A stretch of 63,956 nucleotides of DNA, the filler included, from Octopus bimaculoides (lineage: Eukaryota), in NCBI RefSeq assembly GCF_001194135.2. It is 6 parts of 5 records of this genome, joined end to end, with 100 filler letters (N's around TTAATTAATTAA, not from the genome) between each part and the next. Parts side by side here need not be neighbours in the genome. Positions count along the whole stretch, not along the records: positions 1 to 29,450 come from NC_068982.1; 5 more parts are not named here. One strand, 5' to 3'. Under the pieces are notes generated by a model. It was not told where the DNA came from and searched no databases. It saw nothing but the letters and a program-made list of their open reading frames with translations. Of this stretch, positions 1 through 14,508 are shown piece by piece. Position 1 is the first letter of the stretch. Every line of letters starts with the position of its first letter. The translations under genes and the position numbers were made by a program.

Positions 1-160
1 TGCTGGTGTGTTTATGTACCCGTAACGTAGCAGTTTGGCAAAAGAGACTGATAGAATAAGTACTAGGCTTACAAAGAATAAGTCCTGGGGTCGATTTGCT
101 TGACTAATGGCAGTGCTCCAGCATGGCCACAGTCAAATGACTGAAACAAATAAAAGAATA
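1..160 (+). mobile_element. 3' part of octopus tRNA-derived SINE (family B)
   Basis: Tail ...GCTCCAGCATGGCCACAGTCAAATGACTGAAACAAATAAAAG shared with many copies in the window. Confidence 0.75.
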
Positions 161-163
161 TTC

Positions 164-196
<33 letters not shown>

Positions 197-1735
197 CACA
201 CACATATATACACACACATATATATACATATACACACAAACACATGGTGAGTGTGAATTTTTTGGAAAAAACAAGTAGTGCAAAGTGGGATTCTTTTGTA
301 ACCAAAGTACAAAACTGAGGTTTAAAAATAAGTGAAATTAGAAAAATAACTTCTCATTACAAATATTAATCAAAAGTGGATTGGCAGAATCGTTAGAGCA
401 GTGAACAAAACACTTTGCAGTATTTAATTCCAGTTCTTTATGTCCTCAGTTCAAACCTTACCAAGGTCAACCTTTGCCTTGCATCCTTCTGAGGTCAGTA
501 AAATAAAGTACCAGTCAAGCACTGGGGTCGATATAATCGACTTTACACCCCTCCCCCATCTCACACACTCTTTCTCTCTCTCTCTCTCTAAATCAGTTCT
601 TTTGAATGTGGGATTAAATACCTTGTGGTATTTATTTATCCTAAAATTAGCCAAATATTATTGCTCGTTAACAACATTAATTAAACAACGTATCTTTTCC
701 CTGTCCAAGCCAATGTCTCACACCCTATATAAAAAAACACCCACACTCATATTCTGTGATTGATTCAACCCATCCATGACCTTCACTCCTTATAATTATG
801 TCACACCGGAAGAAATTATGAATTTGCCCAACCAGAAAGAGACTTCCATTTAGCAGTTTCAATGAAACTAATTAACTAATTCTGAAAATGTTTAATTGGG
901 AAATATTCATTAGAAAAAAACTTATTCACCCTAATTAACTTAGTTTTTGCTAATTAATAGTTGCATATTAAGAATTATTGTTTGAGTAGGAATTGATGAG
1001 AAATTGGTCCTAAGCAGTTTGTGCTGTTCCTACAAAGAGGTTCCTCACCTTGGACAGACGAAAGGTGACAGTTGTTTAACTTTGATCGAATGAACTTAAG
1101 CTCAAAGACATTCCAGGGTCACGAGCATCTCATGTGGGGAGAGGGGTTTATCAGCAAGTACACTATCCACTATGTAGAGTCTTTTAAAAAAACAAAAAAA
1201 AGCACTAGGTAGGAATTTGAGGGTAATTTGGCTGCTGTTTCTAGCAGTTTGTTTGAGCCGCTATGGTTAATAACATTGTTACTAAAAATGGTTTTGAGGT
1301 CAACCACAGTAATTTGTAATTATGTTGGAATTTATTATCTGAAGATTACTGGAGAATGTCGCAATCAAGGAGGATAGGAAAACATAGGCGAGATACCCTT
1401 GTAAAATATTCTCTCAGAAAAAAAGGGACCACTGCATGCTACCTTAACAATAATTTCTTTCAATTATGTTTTAATTCTCTAACGAATATTTTTTGTTCAA
1501 CATTATTTCTTCATATATACATATATATATATATATGTATGTATATATATTATACAGAATGAGATAACAAAGTCAAGGCTGTAATGAATTTCAGGATATT
1601 TATAATGAAATAGTCTTGCAGCGGTTTCTGGGATATTATGGATATCCCTTCATCAGAGACAGTGTGAGAATGTTAAATAGAGGAAATACTACTTACCATT
1701 ACCTGACACTCTTTGGGTCTTCTAGAAAGCAATAC

Positions 1736-1771
<36 letters not shown>

Positions 1772-1781
1772 NNNNNNNNNN

Positions 1782-1820
<39 letters not shown>

Positions 1821-2858
1821 ATGATAATATATATAATTTCAGATCAATGACCTTCCAGTCATTCAGACTAACCTTATATGTCCTTTCTGATTTAAAAAAG
1901 ACAGTATAGTGTGATTTGTGAGAGTATTTTAGCTGTTATTTCTAGCAAATTCAATGACCACCATTTAAGAGAGTAAAATAGTTTTTACGGAAGCAACGCA
2001 ACCAAAACGCTTCATTGTTTCAAGAATGTTTCTGTATTTCTGCAGAATTGGCTGCCAAAACGTTGCCATTTGTCATCTAAGACAGTTGACCAGGGTCATT
2101 ATTGACCAACTGACTGTTTGCTACAATTAACATTGCCCAACCAGGTCCCTGAGGTAACATACTGGACTCTCAGTGAATCAAAACAGCCATAACACAATTA
2201 CCGTAACAGAGTCAACTGGAAGAGTCATTAGAACAGCAGTAATCCTTCCAGCCTGTAAGCCCTGAGTTCAAATCCCATTGAGAGTAACTTTACTTTTGAT
2301 CCTTTTTGGGGTACTCAATATAGAGGTGTGGTTGTGGTGGTGGTGGGGGTGGCATTGTTCTCTTTCTCCCACTTTTTCATCTCTCTCAAAGAAATCGGAT
2401 TTGGTCCAACCTGGAGACAGCTGGGCTCAGCCAGGTCTAAAACTGACCCAAGATCTGCTGTATGTCCTGATGGTGCCTCTAAAATGCCATCAAAGCATTA
2501 GGGACTCAAAGCAGGATGCCAGATATCAGTCAGTGTATAATTAGTAAAAGTATTGTTAATTAGCAGCCATTAACTCTAATCATTCAATTAGATTAGAGAC
2601 TTTAATCGGAGACCACTCCACAACAAACAATCCATACTGACCCAACATATTGTAGTTCTTCTCTCTTCCGGAACCTGAAATTCACCACTTCTCTGCCAAG
2701 AATTTTAGTCTTAATCTATCTTTTCATTTCTTTTCACTCTTTGCTTCCTAATTTTTGGCACCAATCTTTTTTTTTTTTTTTTTTTTTTTTTTTTCACATT
2801 TTAAAGAGGAAAACGTTTCAAAATGTAACTTTTTTCTTCTCTAATTCTATGATTTTAG

Positions 2859-3092
2859 ACAGAACATTCAAAGAAGGCTGAAGAAAACGAAAGAGACGAA
2901 GAAAAGAAAGAAACTGAATCCACAGAATCACGTCTAGATTTCATTCTAAAGAAGCCCCCAGATATATCAGAAATTCCATATAGCGTCGAAGATGTAGATA
3001 ATTGTCAAGAACTTAGTATAGACAAGTTAAATGAATGGGATTATGAAATCTTTGATCTTGCTGCACGGTCTGGAAAATTTATTCTCAGTCAG
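2859..3092 (+). CDS. PDE3: PDE3 internal exon (first visible); acidic linker into start of catalytic domain, TEHSKK...KLNEWDYEIFDLAARSGKFILSQ
   Basis: Pyrimidine tract + TAG acceptor at 2858 (alternative CAG at 2862), open frame, CAG|GTTAGT donor. Peptide resembles the LN.W.F.IFDL...ILSQ stretch of PDE3; phase 0 join to next exon. Confidence 0.85.
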
Positions 3093-4277
3093 GTTAGTAC
3101 AAGAAACATCAATTGTCTCATCACCATTTAATGTCCACTCTTCCCTGTTTGCATGGTTTAAACAGAATTTGTTGAGGTATGTTTTCTCCAGCTGGATACC
3201 CTTCCTGTCACCAACCCTCGCCTGTTTCTAAGCAAGGGAGTATTTCCCTCAGGCAGTGAGCTGGCAGAATCATTAGCACACCAGACAAAGTACTGAGTGG
3301 CATTTTGTCCGTCTTTACATTCTGAGTTCAAATCCTGCCAGAATTGATTTCCTTTTCATCCTTTCAATGTTGATAAAAATAAGTACCAGTTGAACACTGG
3401 GGGCAATGTAATCAACTTACCCCTTCCCCTAAATTTACTGACCTTGGGCCAAAACGTGACACCAATATTTCCCACAGCCAGACTTGTTTTACACAGAAGA
3501 CTAGAAGTGAACAACATTGCTTGTATTCCAGTATTTCTTTTCACTTTTTACTTTCTGAGTTCAAATTCCATCGAAGTCAAGTTTGCCTTCTGTTCCTCTG
3601 AGTATCAGTACTGGTGCTGGTCATGTTTACAAACCACCACCTTTCAAAATTGTGCCAACATCAAAGAGAATTCATAGAAGGGGAATCTTCTTGACTTGAT
3701 ACTCTGAGTTTTACATTTTTGATCATTCAAGCCATACAAAGACAGAATCTCTCAGTGAACAAGTGACTTATGATTGGCTGTTGCAGGTTCATGTTTACAG
3801 GAAAGTCTGCATAGATGTATGTTGATTTTTGTTGTAGCCTGGATGTTAGAAGTGAAGCTGTCTAGTCAAGAGTAACTCACCTTAATGTTATGCACATCAA
3901 ACATGTATTATTTATATGTTCTTGAGAAGTGGTACCTAGTAAGGGATAAAATGTTGCTGGTTATGTTAATGTCTTGGTTGCAGGGAGGATTAAACCAAGT
4001 CATTTTCCCTCCTCTTAACTCTCTTTGTAAGAGAGAAGGGAGTGACCGTTCCTCGTGATTTAGCATTATAGTATCCAGAGTGTTAAGCATATTCTTTGTA
4101 TCTCTGAAGCTCATTATAATACAGATTTAAATGAAATGATTCATACATACACACACATAGACATATATACATGGACACACACAGAGACATATATACAGAA
4201 ACAGAGAGTGGGTGTGTGTATATTTCTATTAGTGTACTACATCTAACCTGTTTTGGGGGGTTTTTTCTCATTTTTAG

Positions 4278-4389
4278 GTGACTTACAAACTTTTTATGGA
4301 AGTGGGTCTTTTTGAAACATTCCGCATCCCTCTAAAAGAGTTTATCTGCTACTTCCATGCTTTAGAACTGGGATACCGAAATAAACCAT
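4278..4389 (+). CDS. PDE3: PDE3 exon [37 protein letters not shown](Y)
   Basis: ttttag acceptor, T|GTAAGT donor, 112 nt (phase 0 to 1); matches PDE3 GLFE.F.IP..EF..YF.ALE.GYR..PY. Confidence 0.95.
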
Positions 4390-5253
4390 GTAAGTTTTGT
4401 TTGTTTTGTGTTTTAATTGCATCATTACTTTATTAAACGAGAACTAAATATTTCTGCTGACCTTTGAATATCCAGGGAAGATGCACTGCAATGTGGTCAG
4501 CTTTGACCAAACAATCAAATTAAACAGGATCTGGGTTTTGTGAGGACAGAAATTGTTGGGAAGGACATCGATTTGAAAGATTGTGGTTGCATAAATATGA
4601 AGGACGACTGAAAGAGAAACTGAAACCAAAAGGATTTGAACTCACAACCTTGGAAGACATAGCTACATCATACTCCACCCCTATTGCATACCACTGCCCC
4701 CATCTGAGAGATATTGTTGGTATGTTGGTGGTGGAATTGAAACAACTGCCTAAGTCTTTCTCAACACATTTGTTATCAAATACTTTTGCCTTTTTCTTTC
4801 AATTACTTTTGGAGAAAATGAAGAATTTATCAAAATAACTTTGCCATTATTAAACATGATGTTGTGGCAACAAGCAAGCAGAGCCATTTGCACACCAGGC
4901 AAAATACTTGGTGGTATTTTATCCACCATTACGTTCTGAGTTCAAATTCTGCTGAGGTAGACTTTGCATTTCATCTTTTCGGGGTCAATAAAATAAGTAC
5001 CAGTTATACACTGGGTCGATGTAATCAGCTCAACCCCTCTCCCCCCAAAAATTTGAAACCGTTTTTAAGGCAGAATCGTTAACCTGCCTGGCAAAAGGTT
5101 CAGCAACGTTTCATCTGTCTTTACATTCTGAGTTCAAATTCCGAGAATGACTTTGCCTTCCATTTTTCAAAGTTGATAAAATAAGACTCAATTGAGCCTT
5201 GAGGGGGTCAATGGAATTGACTCAACCCCCTTCTCTGAAACTACTGGCCTTGT

Positions 5254-5721
5254 AGTAAAGATTGTTTGCCAACATAACATGGCAGTCCTGGTTTAGGATG
5301 AATGTTGCTGTAATTTAGTTCCAGGAGACATCATCTCCAGCTGNNNNNNNNNNAATGTTGCTGTAATTTAGTTCCAGGAGACATCATCTCCAGCTGGTTA
5401 TACGACACGATCTGTGTCCTTATATTTTCGAACAAGGGAATCTAGTTGTCACTTTGAAAACTCTGTATTTCGAATGGGAATTTGGCAGCACCACCTCTAA
5501 CCAAACAATTATTCTGTGCTGATGAAAGGAAATAACCCAGAAATCGCGATACACAGATATTGTTTTGAGCTGAGTTGGGGTGCTAGATTCCCTTGTTCTA
5601 AAGTATAAGGACACAGATTGTGTCGTATAGCCAGCTGGAAACGATGTCTCCTGGGGCTAAATTACAGCAACATTCGTCCTAAACCGGGACTGCCATGTTA
5701 TGTTGGCAAACAATCTTTACT
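5254..5721. mobile_element. MITE-like element with ~120-bp terminal inverted repeats in a PDE3 intron
   Basis: Left arm AAGATTGTTTGCCAACATAACATGGCAGTCC... is the reverse complement of 5601-5721 with few mismatches; TA flanks compatible with a Tc1/mariner-type TSD. Confidence 0.75.
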
Positions 5722-8023
5722 CCAAAAGTACTGTTGCTGAATATCTCTCGTGAGATTTAAAAATAGTAATTTCCTTACTGGCCTTGTATCTAAATTTCAA
5801 ACCCTTTATTAAACATGGTGTTTGATGAAACAAATTAGCATGGCATTTTGATGAAAGGGTCAAATTTAGATAAGTCATAAAGATAAATCATAAAGTTTGT
5901 AACATTGAAACAGATTTCAAGTAGGTTGGAATCAAAAGAATCAGGATGATGGACAGAGCCATTGAATGTGGCTGGATTTAATCTTCTGCTTCCCAACCCT
6001 TTTTTGACTTATTGACCTCTCTGATTCCTATGTTACTTGGGTAGATTCTCATGGCTATTTGATGTGTAAAAAAGATCCTGTTATAGTTTTATAATTAAAT
6101 GTTATTAGGAATTCTATACAAAAATTGTTAAAATATTTTGAGTATTGTAAAAATATTACCCATTTGTTGCAGATCAATTTTTTTAACAACAAAATCTTTG
6201 CTGAACCCCAGCAGAGAATGACTGATGTGGAATGAATGTTGACTATGAGTTCTTGAGTGGTGGGAAATAAATTTTCAGGGACAGAGCCACAGACAAGTCG
6301 AGATCTGGCAAACGTATTGGAATGCCTTCTTAGCTGATAGGAGGAGATTCACACCAAAGAGTAATGACCGACAAGAAGAAATCGTCCATAGCTGAAGCAA
6401 CACCACCACGATGAACGTCACGTGTCAATGTCCAAGTTCTGCTGTACCATGGGGGACCTCAAGAGAGTCCTCCCCACACATTGTAGAAAAACCCGCTGTT
6501 CACAATGCCCAGCAAGGGAGATAACCCCCCTTCCTATCTATCTCTGAAGATTTCATGGAGCATCTCTGAATGTCAGAGGCAGGAGACCAAACACTGGAAA
6601 GCAGACTTGGATCATTTGTAATAAACTCCACGAGCCTTTCACATAGTTTGCACCACAAATCTTGTACTCCTCTGATGACTTAGTTTTCTTACTCGATAAT
6701 CTGTTAATATTCATTTTTCTGTTTTATTTTCTTATTTTGGTTTTTAAAATTTTAATTACAACTTCATTAAATCACAGATTATACCCTTCCCCTCCCCTTC
6801 CACTGAAATAACTTCACACTAACGAGGTTTTTATCTTTTATTTGTTTCAGTCATTAGATTGTGGCCATGCTGGAGCACTGTCTTTCTTGAAGAATTTGTT
6901 TTTAGTTAAATAAATCAAACCCAGGACATTTTCTTTTTCATCCCAGATACTTATTGTATCAGTGTCTTTTGCTGAACTGCTCAGTTATAGACACACATAC
7001 ACATGGCAAACTCCTTTCATTTCCATTTACCAAATTCATTCTCAAGGTTTTGATTGGCCCGAGACTTCAATAGAAGACACTTGTGCACACCCCCACCCCC
7101 TACAGGTGCCATGCAGTGGGACTGAACCCAGAACCTAGTGGTTAGGAAGCCAACTTCTTACCACACAGCCACCCATGTGCCTATATTTATATTTACCAGA
7201 AAATTGTCTTCAGGTATTTAATGTAAAGATTAGTTTCAAACATTCTGAAAGAATGAACAAGCCCTGGCCACACTGGTCCTTCTATTTCTCTTCCTTTTCT
7301 CTAACAAACTGTTCACAGAACATAAACCAGTGACATGTCTTTAAGCATTGGTCTTGGTATAATCTCACTTAAGACAATGTCACAAGATAAGCACCAAGAT
7401 AAACAATTGGCAACAAAGCAGCATGTGTGGAAACGTCGAGACGTCAGCAGATGTTTCTGTCATCGTTTAATGTCCACTTTTCCATGCTTGATCCATCACA
7501 AGGAATTTATTGCGTAAGAGTTTTCTACAGCTGGAAGCTCTTTCTGTCACCAACCCTCACTTGCTTTCAAGCAAGCTAATATTTTCCCATGACCAGACAT
7601 GTTTTTCAACAGAAAACTAGAAATGAATATGGTGATGCTTGCTTACCATCACATGCTGCAAAGAAGAGGAGGGACACACGCCTGCCCACACACATATATA
7701 TATATATAGGCACTTCTTCAGCAAGACCACTACCTTTCATGCTGTATCACTCCCTAACACCAGGGCATCTTGTCTTGTGAGTTCTTGGTGACATGACAGA
7801 ATGCACCCAGTGCACTCTGTAAAGCAGTTGGTGTTAGTAAGGGCATTGGCACTTGATGCACTGCCCTGGCTTGTCGGTTCCTGGCCAACCATCCAACCCC
7901 TGCCAGCATAGCAAAAGATGATGTTCAATGGTGATGTCACTGTCCATGATGTTCTTGTACTCTGCAAAAGTACAGAGTAACCCATTAATGTGAAATTGGT
8001 TTTATTATAACTGAACATAAAAC

Positions 8024-8228
8024 GGCAGTGAGCTGGCAGAGTCGTTAGAGCACCGGATGAAATGCATTTCGTCTTCACGTTCTGAGTTCAAATTCTGCCG
8101 GAGTCAACTTTGCCCTTCATCCTTTCGGTGTTGATAAATTAAGTACCAGTTACGCACTGGGGTTGATGTAATTGACTCGTCCCCTTTCACCAAACTTTCA
8201 GGCCTTGTGCCTATTGTAGAAAGGATTG
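8024..8228 (+). mobile_element. tRNA-derived SINE (family A), near full length
   Basis: Head GGCAGTGAGCTGGCAGAGTCGTTAGAGC, B-box-like CTGAGTTCAAATTC, body TTTGCCCTTCATCCTTTCGG...AAGTACCAG repeated throughout the window. Confidence 0.75.
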
Positions 8229-8586
8229 TAACTAAATATGAAAATAAACATTAATATACAGATAGATAATCAGACAGACAGACACGTGCACACACACACA
8301 CACACAACAGGCTTCTTTCAGTTTCCATCTCCCAAAGGCTTTGGTTGGCCCTGGACTGTTGTAGAAAATACGTCCCTACTATTCTATTGTGTGATTGAAC
8401 CCGGATCCACATGGTTGGGAGGGGAGGTTCTTGACCTCACAACCACATCAGCCACACCAACACCACTATCCAGTAATAATAATATATTTTGTAGATGAGA
8501 CAACAACAAGGAGACATTAATACAGCCATTCCTCTTGGCTAGAAATAACAACCAAATCCTCTTCAAATCATTCTAGACCATCATAA

Positions 8587-8763
<177 letters not shown>

Positions 8764-9316
8764 TAAATATTTATCATATTTACAGCTAATCATGTCACAT
8801 TGAAAGAATACGTAGTGGTGGTGCTGGTGACAGTGGCAGCTGTGGCAGTAGCGGCAGTTCTCATGTCCACTTTTCTTTACTTGATTGGGTCAGACAATTC
8901 CTTGAGGCAAATTTAATATGGCCAGATGCCCTGCTTGTCACTAACCCTCACCTATTTCCAAGGTAATATTTTTCCAAAACCAGATGCGTTCTTTATGGAA
9001 GACTGGAAACAAACCATCACACCCATGCCAACACAAGCTTCTTCCAGTTTCTGTCATCCAAATCCACTCACAAGGCTTTAGATGACCTGGGGTTTTTAGT
9101 AAGAGACCCTTGCACAAAGTGCCACACAGTGGAATTGAACCCCAAAACCACATGCTTGAGAAAGAAGCTTCTTAACCACACAGCCACGCTGGTACCTATT
9201 AATTTAGTAAATATGTAGTTTGACATTCTTTAGACAGCAGCGACAATCCGTGCTAACTAATTATCGGAGGGGACATCCATCAAGTAAGTCTCTTAAATAG
9301 ATTAAATATAAGACTT

Positions 9317-9352
<36 letters not shown>

Positions 9353-9754
9353 GATGCAGAAAGGAGACAAGATGGTGCCTTCTCATATTTAAATCTTTGG
9401 TCTGGTTGATTACATTGACTACCCCAGTGCATAACTGGTATTTATTTTATTGACCTCAAAAGGATGGAAGGCAAAGATGGACGAAATGCTGCTAAGCATT
9501 TTCTTTGGCACATCATCATTATTATTATTATTATCATTAGGTGTGCATAGTAGCATTTCATCTGTCAAATTCCACCAAGATCAGCTTTGCCTGTCATCCT
9601 TTCGGGGTCGATAAAATAAGTACCAGTTATATACTGGGGTCGATATAACCGACTAGCCACACACACACACACACACACACACTGAACTTGCTGGCCATCT
9701 GCCAAAATTTGAGATCATTATGATGATGATGACCATATGTGTGCTTGTATATGA

Positions 9755-10192
<438 letters not shown>

Positions 10193-10331
10193 TAGTCCAA
10201 TTAATCAAACCCAGTTCTTGTTTTCTTGTTGATTCTGGTACTTATTCTATCGATCTTTTTTTGCCAAAACACTAAGTTACGGAGATGTAAACACACTACC
10301 AGTTCTCAAGTGGTGGAGACAGATACAAATG

Positions 10332-10388
<57 letters not shown>

Positions 10389-11108
10389 GACGAGTTTCTT
10401 TCAGTTTCTGTCTACTCACAAGATTTTGGTCAGCCCAAGGTCATAGTAGAAGACACTTGCCCAAGATGACATGCAGTAGGACTGAACCTGGAACCACATG
10501 GGTGAGCAGTAATCTTACCACACAGCTACTGTTTAGCTGAAACATGAAACCCTACCCTTGTTGGTGTGATTCAAAAAAAGGGGCAGTTTGCTCTACAAAT
10601 ATGTTTATTGAACAGGTCTGCCTAGAACATGCTCAATACACAATCAGTGATAGAAACTGGTTGGAGTAGGCAGTGTTTGTCTGTCCAATGGCTATGGCAA
10701 AAGCGGTTACATGGTGGATGAAGATGGAAAGGATTAAGGAATGACTCCTTCCTCTTCAGTGAATCCCTCACCCTCTTCTTTAAGTTCCACTCGGAAAGTG
10801 CAAGTGCAGAGGGAAATGCTGTCTCTCACAGACCCAGTCAAAAGACGGTCGACTGCAGTTGCCTGGGTTCTGTCTGACGATTACATTAAAGGTAAACGTG
10901 TCTGTGGAACACTCAGCCACTTCGACTGTCATCCATGGACTGGGTTGGTTCATTGATCGAACAGCTGTAATAATAATAATAATGATAATTGTTGTGAGAG
11001 ATTATTGATCTATCGATGAGGTGACACGGTTAGTAAAACATTGAGGCTGGCGGGGGGGGATAGCTAAAGGGAGGTAACTCATGCTCTACTCGTTGACTGG
11101 TTTGGTAA

Positions 11109-11420
<312 letters not shown>

Positions 11421-12520
11421 TGAGGCAATGTTATTTACTTTCATCCAATTTGTTTGAGAAATGAATTGGCCTCAAGCAAGACTTGAAACCACATCACATA
11501 TGCCTACCTCATTTGAATCTTTTTTTCTATGTTACAATGGTTGGTGCAGGGAAGAAGCCTGCGAACCAGTTTCAATTCCTCACTTGGAACCAATCACTTT
11601 TATATACAACATTAATAGTTTTGACTAATTTTTGTCTCCTTGTGATCATCAGTTGAAATAAACGTCACTTTTTTTTTTTGTTGTTGACACACATATCATG
11701 AACGTCTGTGTTTCCATGTTCGCATGCAGAAGACAGAATCCGTTGATATAGGTTTTTGTATGACTGGATGCCCTTGCTTTCACCAACCCTCACCTGTTTC
11801 CAAGTCAGGTAATATTTCCCCCATGGCCAGACATGGGTTTCACAGAAGACTGAAAACGAACACTGCTTCTATGACAGTGAAACTCATTTACTGTTGTTAC
11901 AAAGAGTACGCACACACACACACGACAAGGCTTTAGCGAGGCCAGGATTATAGTGGAAAACACATGCCTAGCATGCTGCACAGTGGGATTGAACCTGGAA
12001 TCTCATGGTTGGGAAGCAAGCTTCTTCACCACACAACTACGTCTGTGCTTTACATTTGATTTTGACATCAACTTTCCCTAACATGGGTAAGTCAGATCTG
12101 TTTCAACACAGTGCCCCTCCACTTGTCACCTCCTTTATGCCATTTAACATCTTGTGATCCCCTCTCTTTCTCTCTCTCCCTCCAATTGTCCCTTCCTCTT
12201 CTGCAGGTCTCTCTATCTTCATGAATGAGTCACTTTTTTACTCAACCCTCATCATTCTTCATACACATCACATCTCCATACCATTACAACCCTCTCTCTT
12301 TCACCACACCCCCATCCCATACTCCTGATGTCTGGTTTTAATCCCTGCACCCTCTCTACACAGTCCATCCCATATCCACCTCTACTCACCAAGCAGTCAT
12401 AAGTAAGGTTAGCGATGAAGGGCAACCGGTTGTAGATAACACAAGCACCAGTGCAGGGGTGCAGTGGTAGATGCCTGACGGCAGGAATTGGATGGATTCC
12501 TGCCGTCAGGCATCTACCAC

Positions 12521-12812
12521 ACTCTGAACCCCTTGCTTCCCTGGGCATCGACACAAAGCTCAGACGTCTGGCAACTGACTTGCTAGACACCGACAAGATT
12601 ATCCACCATCTTTACAACAGTAACCTTGCGCACCTTCTTGAATTCCATACATCAAACACCCATGGACAATGCTTACAAAATAAAAAAACATCACAGTACC
12701 CCAAGACTTTTGAAGCATGGAATAAACTACATGCATCAGTTGTTAGCTGTTGGGAACACTACATCCTTCAAAACTTCCATCCTTTCTGAAATTCTGCAAC
12801 AGTACACCTGAT
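12521..12812 (+). mobile_element. 5'-truncated CR1/L2/Jockey-group LINE 3' fragment
   Basis: Frameshifted peptide LRRLATDLLDTDKIIHHLYNSNL...EAWNKL typical of the post-RT C-terminus of CR1-like LINEs. Confidence 0.6.
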
Positions 12813-13119
12813 GTTGCTTTTTGCTTTTCTTTTTATTTTAAACAACTCGTTTACTGTTCACTTCCTGCGCATTATTCTATGCACCATTCATGCAGTTTTG
12901 GTTACTAATTCTAATTAGTTGAAGTGCAGCACTGCATACAATGAGTTTATGATTATTATTATTATGATTATTATTAAAATGATGATGATGATCAACAACT
13001 AGTCATCTGGACCAATTTTATTAATCATTATACTTCTGTCACCCAAGCACTTCCCAAACAACTATTATCAATTTGACTTCCTCTGTTTTCTAAATCTCTC
13101 CAAATTCTTGTGTCTGCAG

Positions 13120-13281
13120 GTGAACCATGATGATGCTCCTGGAATTGAATGGAACAGTGAACCAGACCGAATGTTAGTGATGCAGATGGTGATCAAGTTG
13201 GCAGACATTAACGGACCAGCCAAGAAACGAAGTCTTCACATAAACTGGACACGGCGCATATCAGATGAATTCTATGATCAA
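13120..13281 (+). CDS. PDE3: PDE3 exon VNHDDAPGIEWNSEPDRMLVMQMVIKLADINGPAKKRSLHINWTRRISDEFYDQ
   Basis: ctgcag acceptor, CAA|GTGAGT donor, 162 nt; IKLADINGPAK and EFY.Q motifs. Confidence 0.96.
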
Positions 13282-13677
13282 GTGAGTACCATAGATGTGG
13301 AAGGGGTGGGGAGAAGAAGGGGGCTGGACAAAATGTCTACCAGCTCTTTATATCCTGAGTTCCAACCCCACCAAGGTCAACTTTGCCTTTCATCCTTTTG
13401 GGGCTGATAAAATATAAAACCATTCAAGTCCTGGGTCAATGTAATTGATTACTCTCCTGTTTAAAATGCTGATCTTGAGCCAAAATTTGAAGCCATCATT
13501 ATTATTATTATTCAACTTGCCTCAGGTTTACTCTTATTCGTGGCAGAACTTATGTGGGTAGCAGCTTACTACCAGTAACCTTAAATATCCACAAGCTTTC
13601 AATAATCTTTCAAGTACTCAAAACCCTTCAGATAATCTTTCCTGTCCCTAAGAGGCAAACCTTCTGCAGAAGCTCCA

Positions 13678-14050
13678 TTATTACGTCTGCCTTAGTGAAG
13701 GCAGACGTATTGTTTTCAGTTGTGTTTGTTTGTTTGTCCGTGGACAAGATATCTCAAGAACTACTGGATCGATTCAGATGAAACTTTCAGGGATGTTTGT
13801 CCTCATGACTGGCACAAACTGATTAGATTTGGGGATCAATCCAGTACCAGACAAGGATTCTGGATTATTTTTCCGATTTTTTTTACTTAATTTTTGAGAG
13901 CGGTTGGGTTCATTTTTAGTATTCTCGTTTGTGAGAGCAGTCAAGTTGATTTCAGACAATCTCATTCTAAAAATTATCTCCGGCTAATCATTGAGAGGAT
14001 GTTGGTGTTGCCTTGGCAGAGGTTTGTGCTCTCTGAGTGATCTTCTTGTT
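13678..14050 (+). mobile_element. Helentron-associated non-autonomous element (HINE/DINE-1-like)
   Basis: Starts TTATTACGTCTGCC with a 12-bp hairpin (13682-13709), internal (GTTT)n, ends CCTTGGCAGAGGTTTGTGCTCTCTGAGTG...TT; layout typical of HINEs. Confidence 0.6.
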
Positions 14051-14292
14051 GTTGTTGCCCTCCTCCTGCTTCCTCTTCTTCTTCTTGCAGAATCATTTGC
14101 ATGCCAGACAAAATGTTTAATGGCATTTCATTTGCCTTTTAACCTTTCAGGCTTTTGCTAAATAAGTACCAGTTGACCACTGGGGTCAATAGCCTTGTGC
14201 CAAAATATAAATCTGTTGTTGTTGTTGTTAGTACTATTGTATACTCTGAATTTGAAACCAGAAAATAATTGTTGAATGTTGTATAATTTTAG

Positions 14293-14508
<216 letters not shown>

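Noticed and set aside
5301-5395. Exact ~43-bp direct repeat flanking a 10-N gap
   Set aside because: Classic unmerged contig overlap
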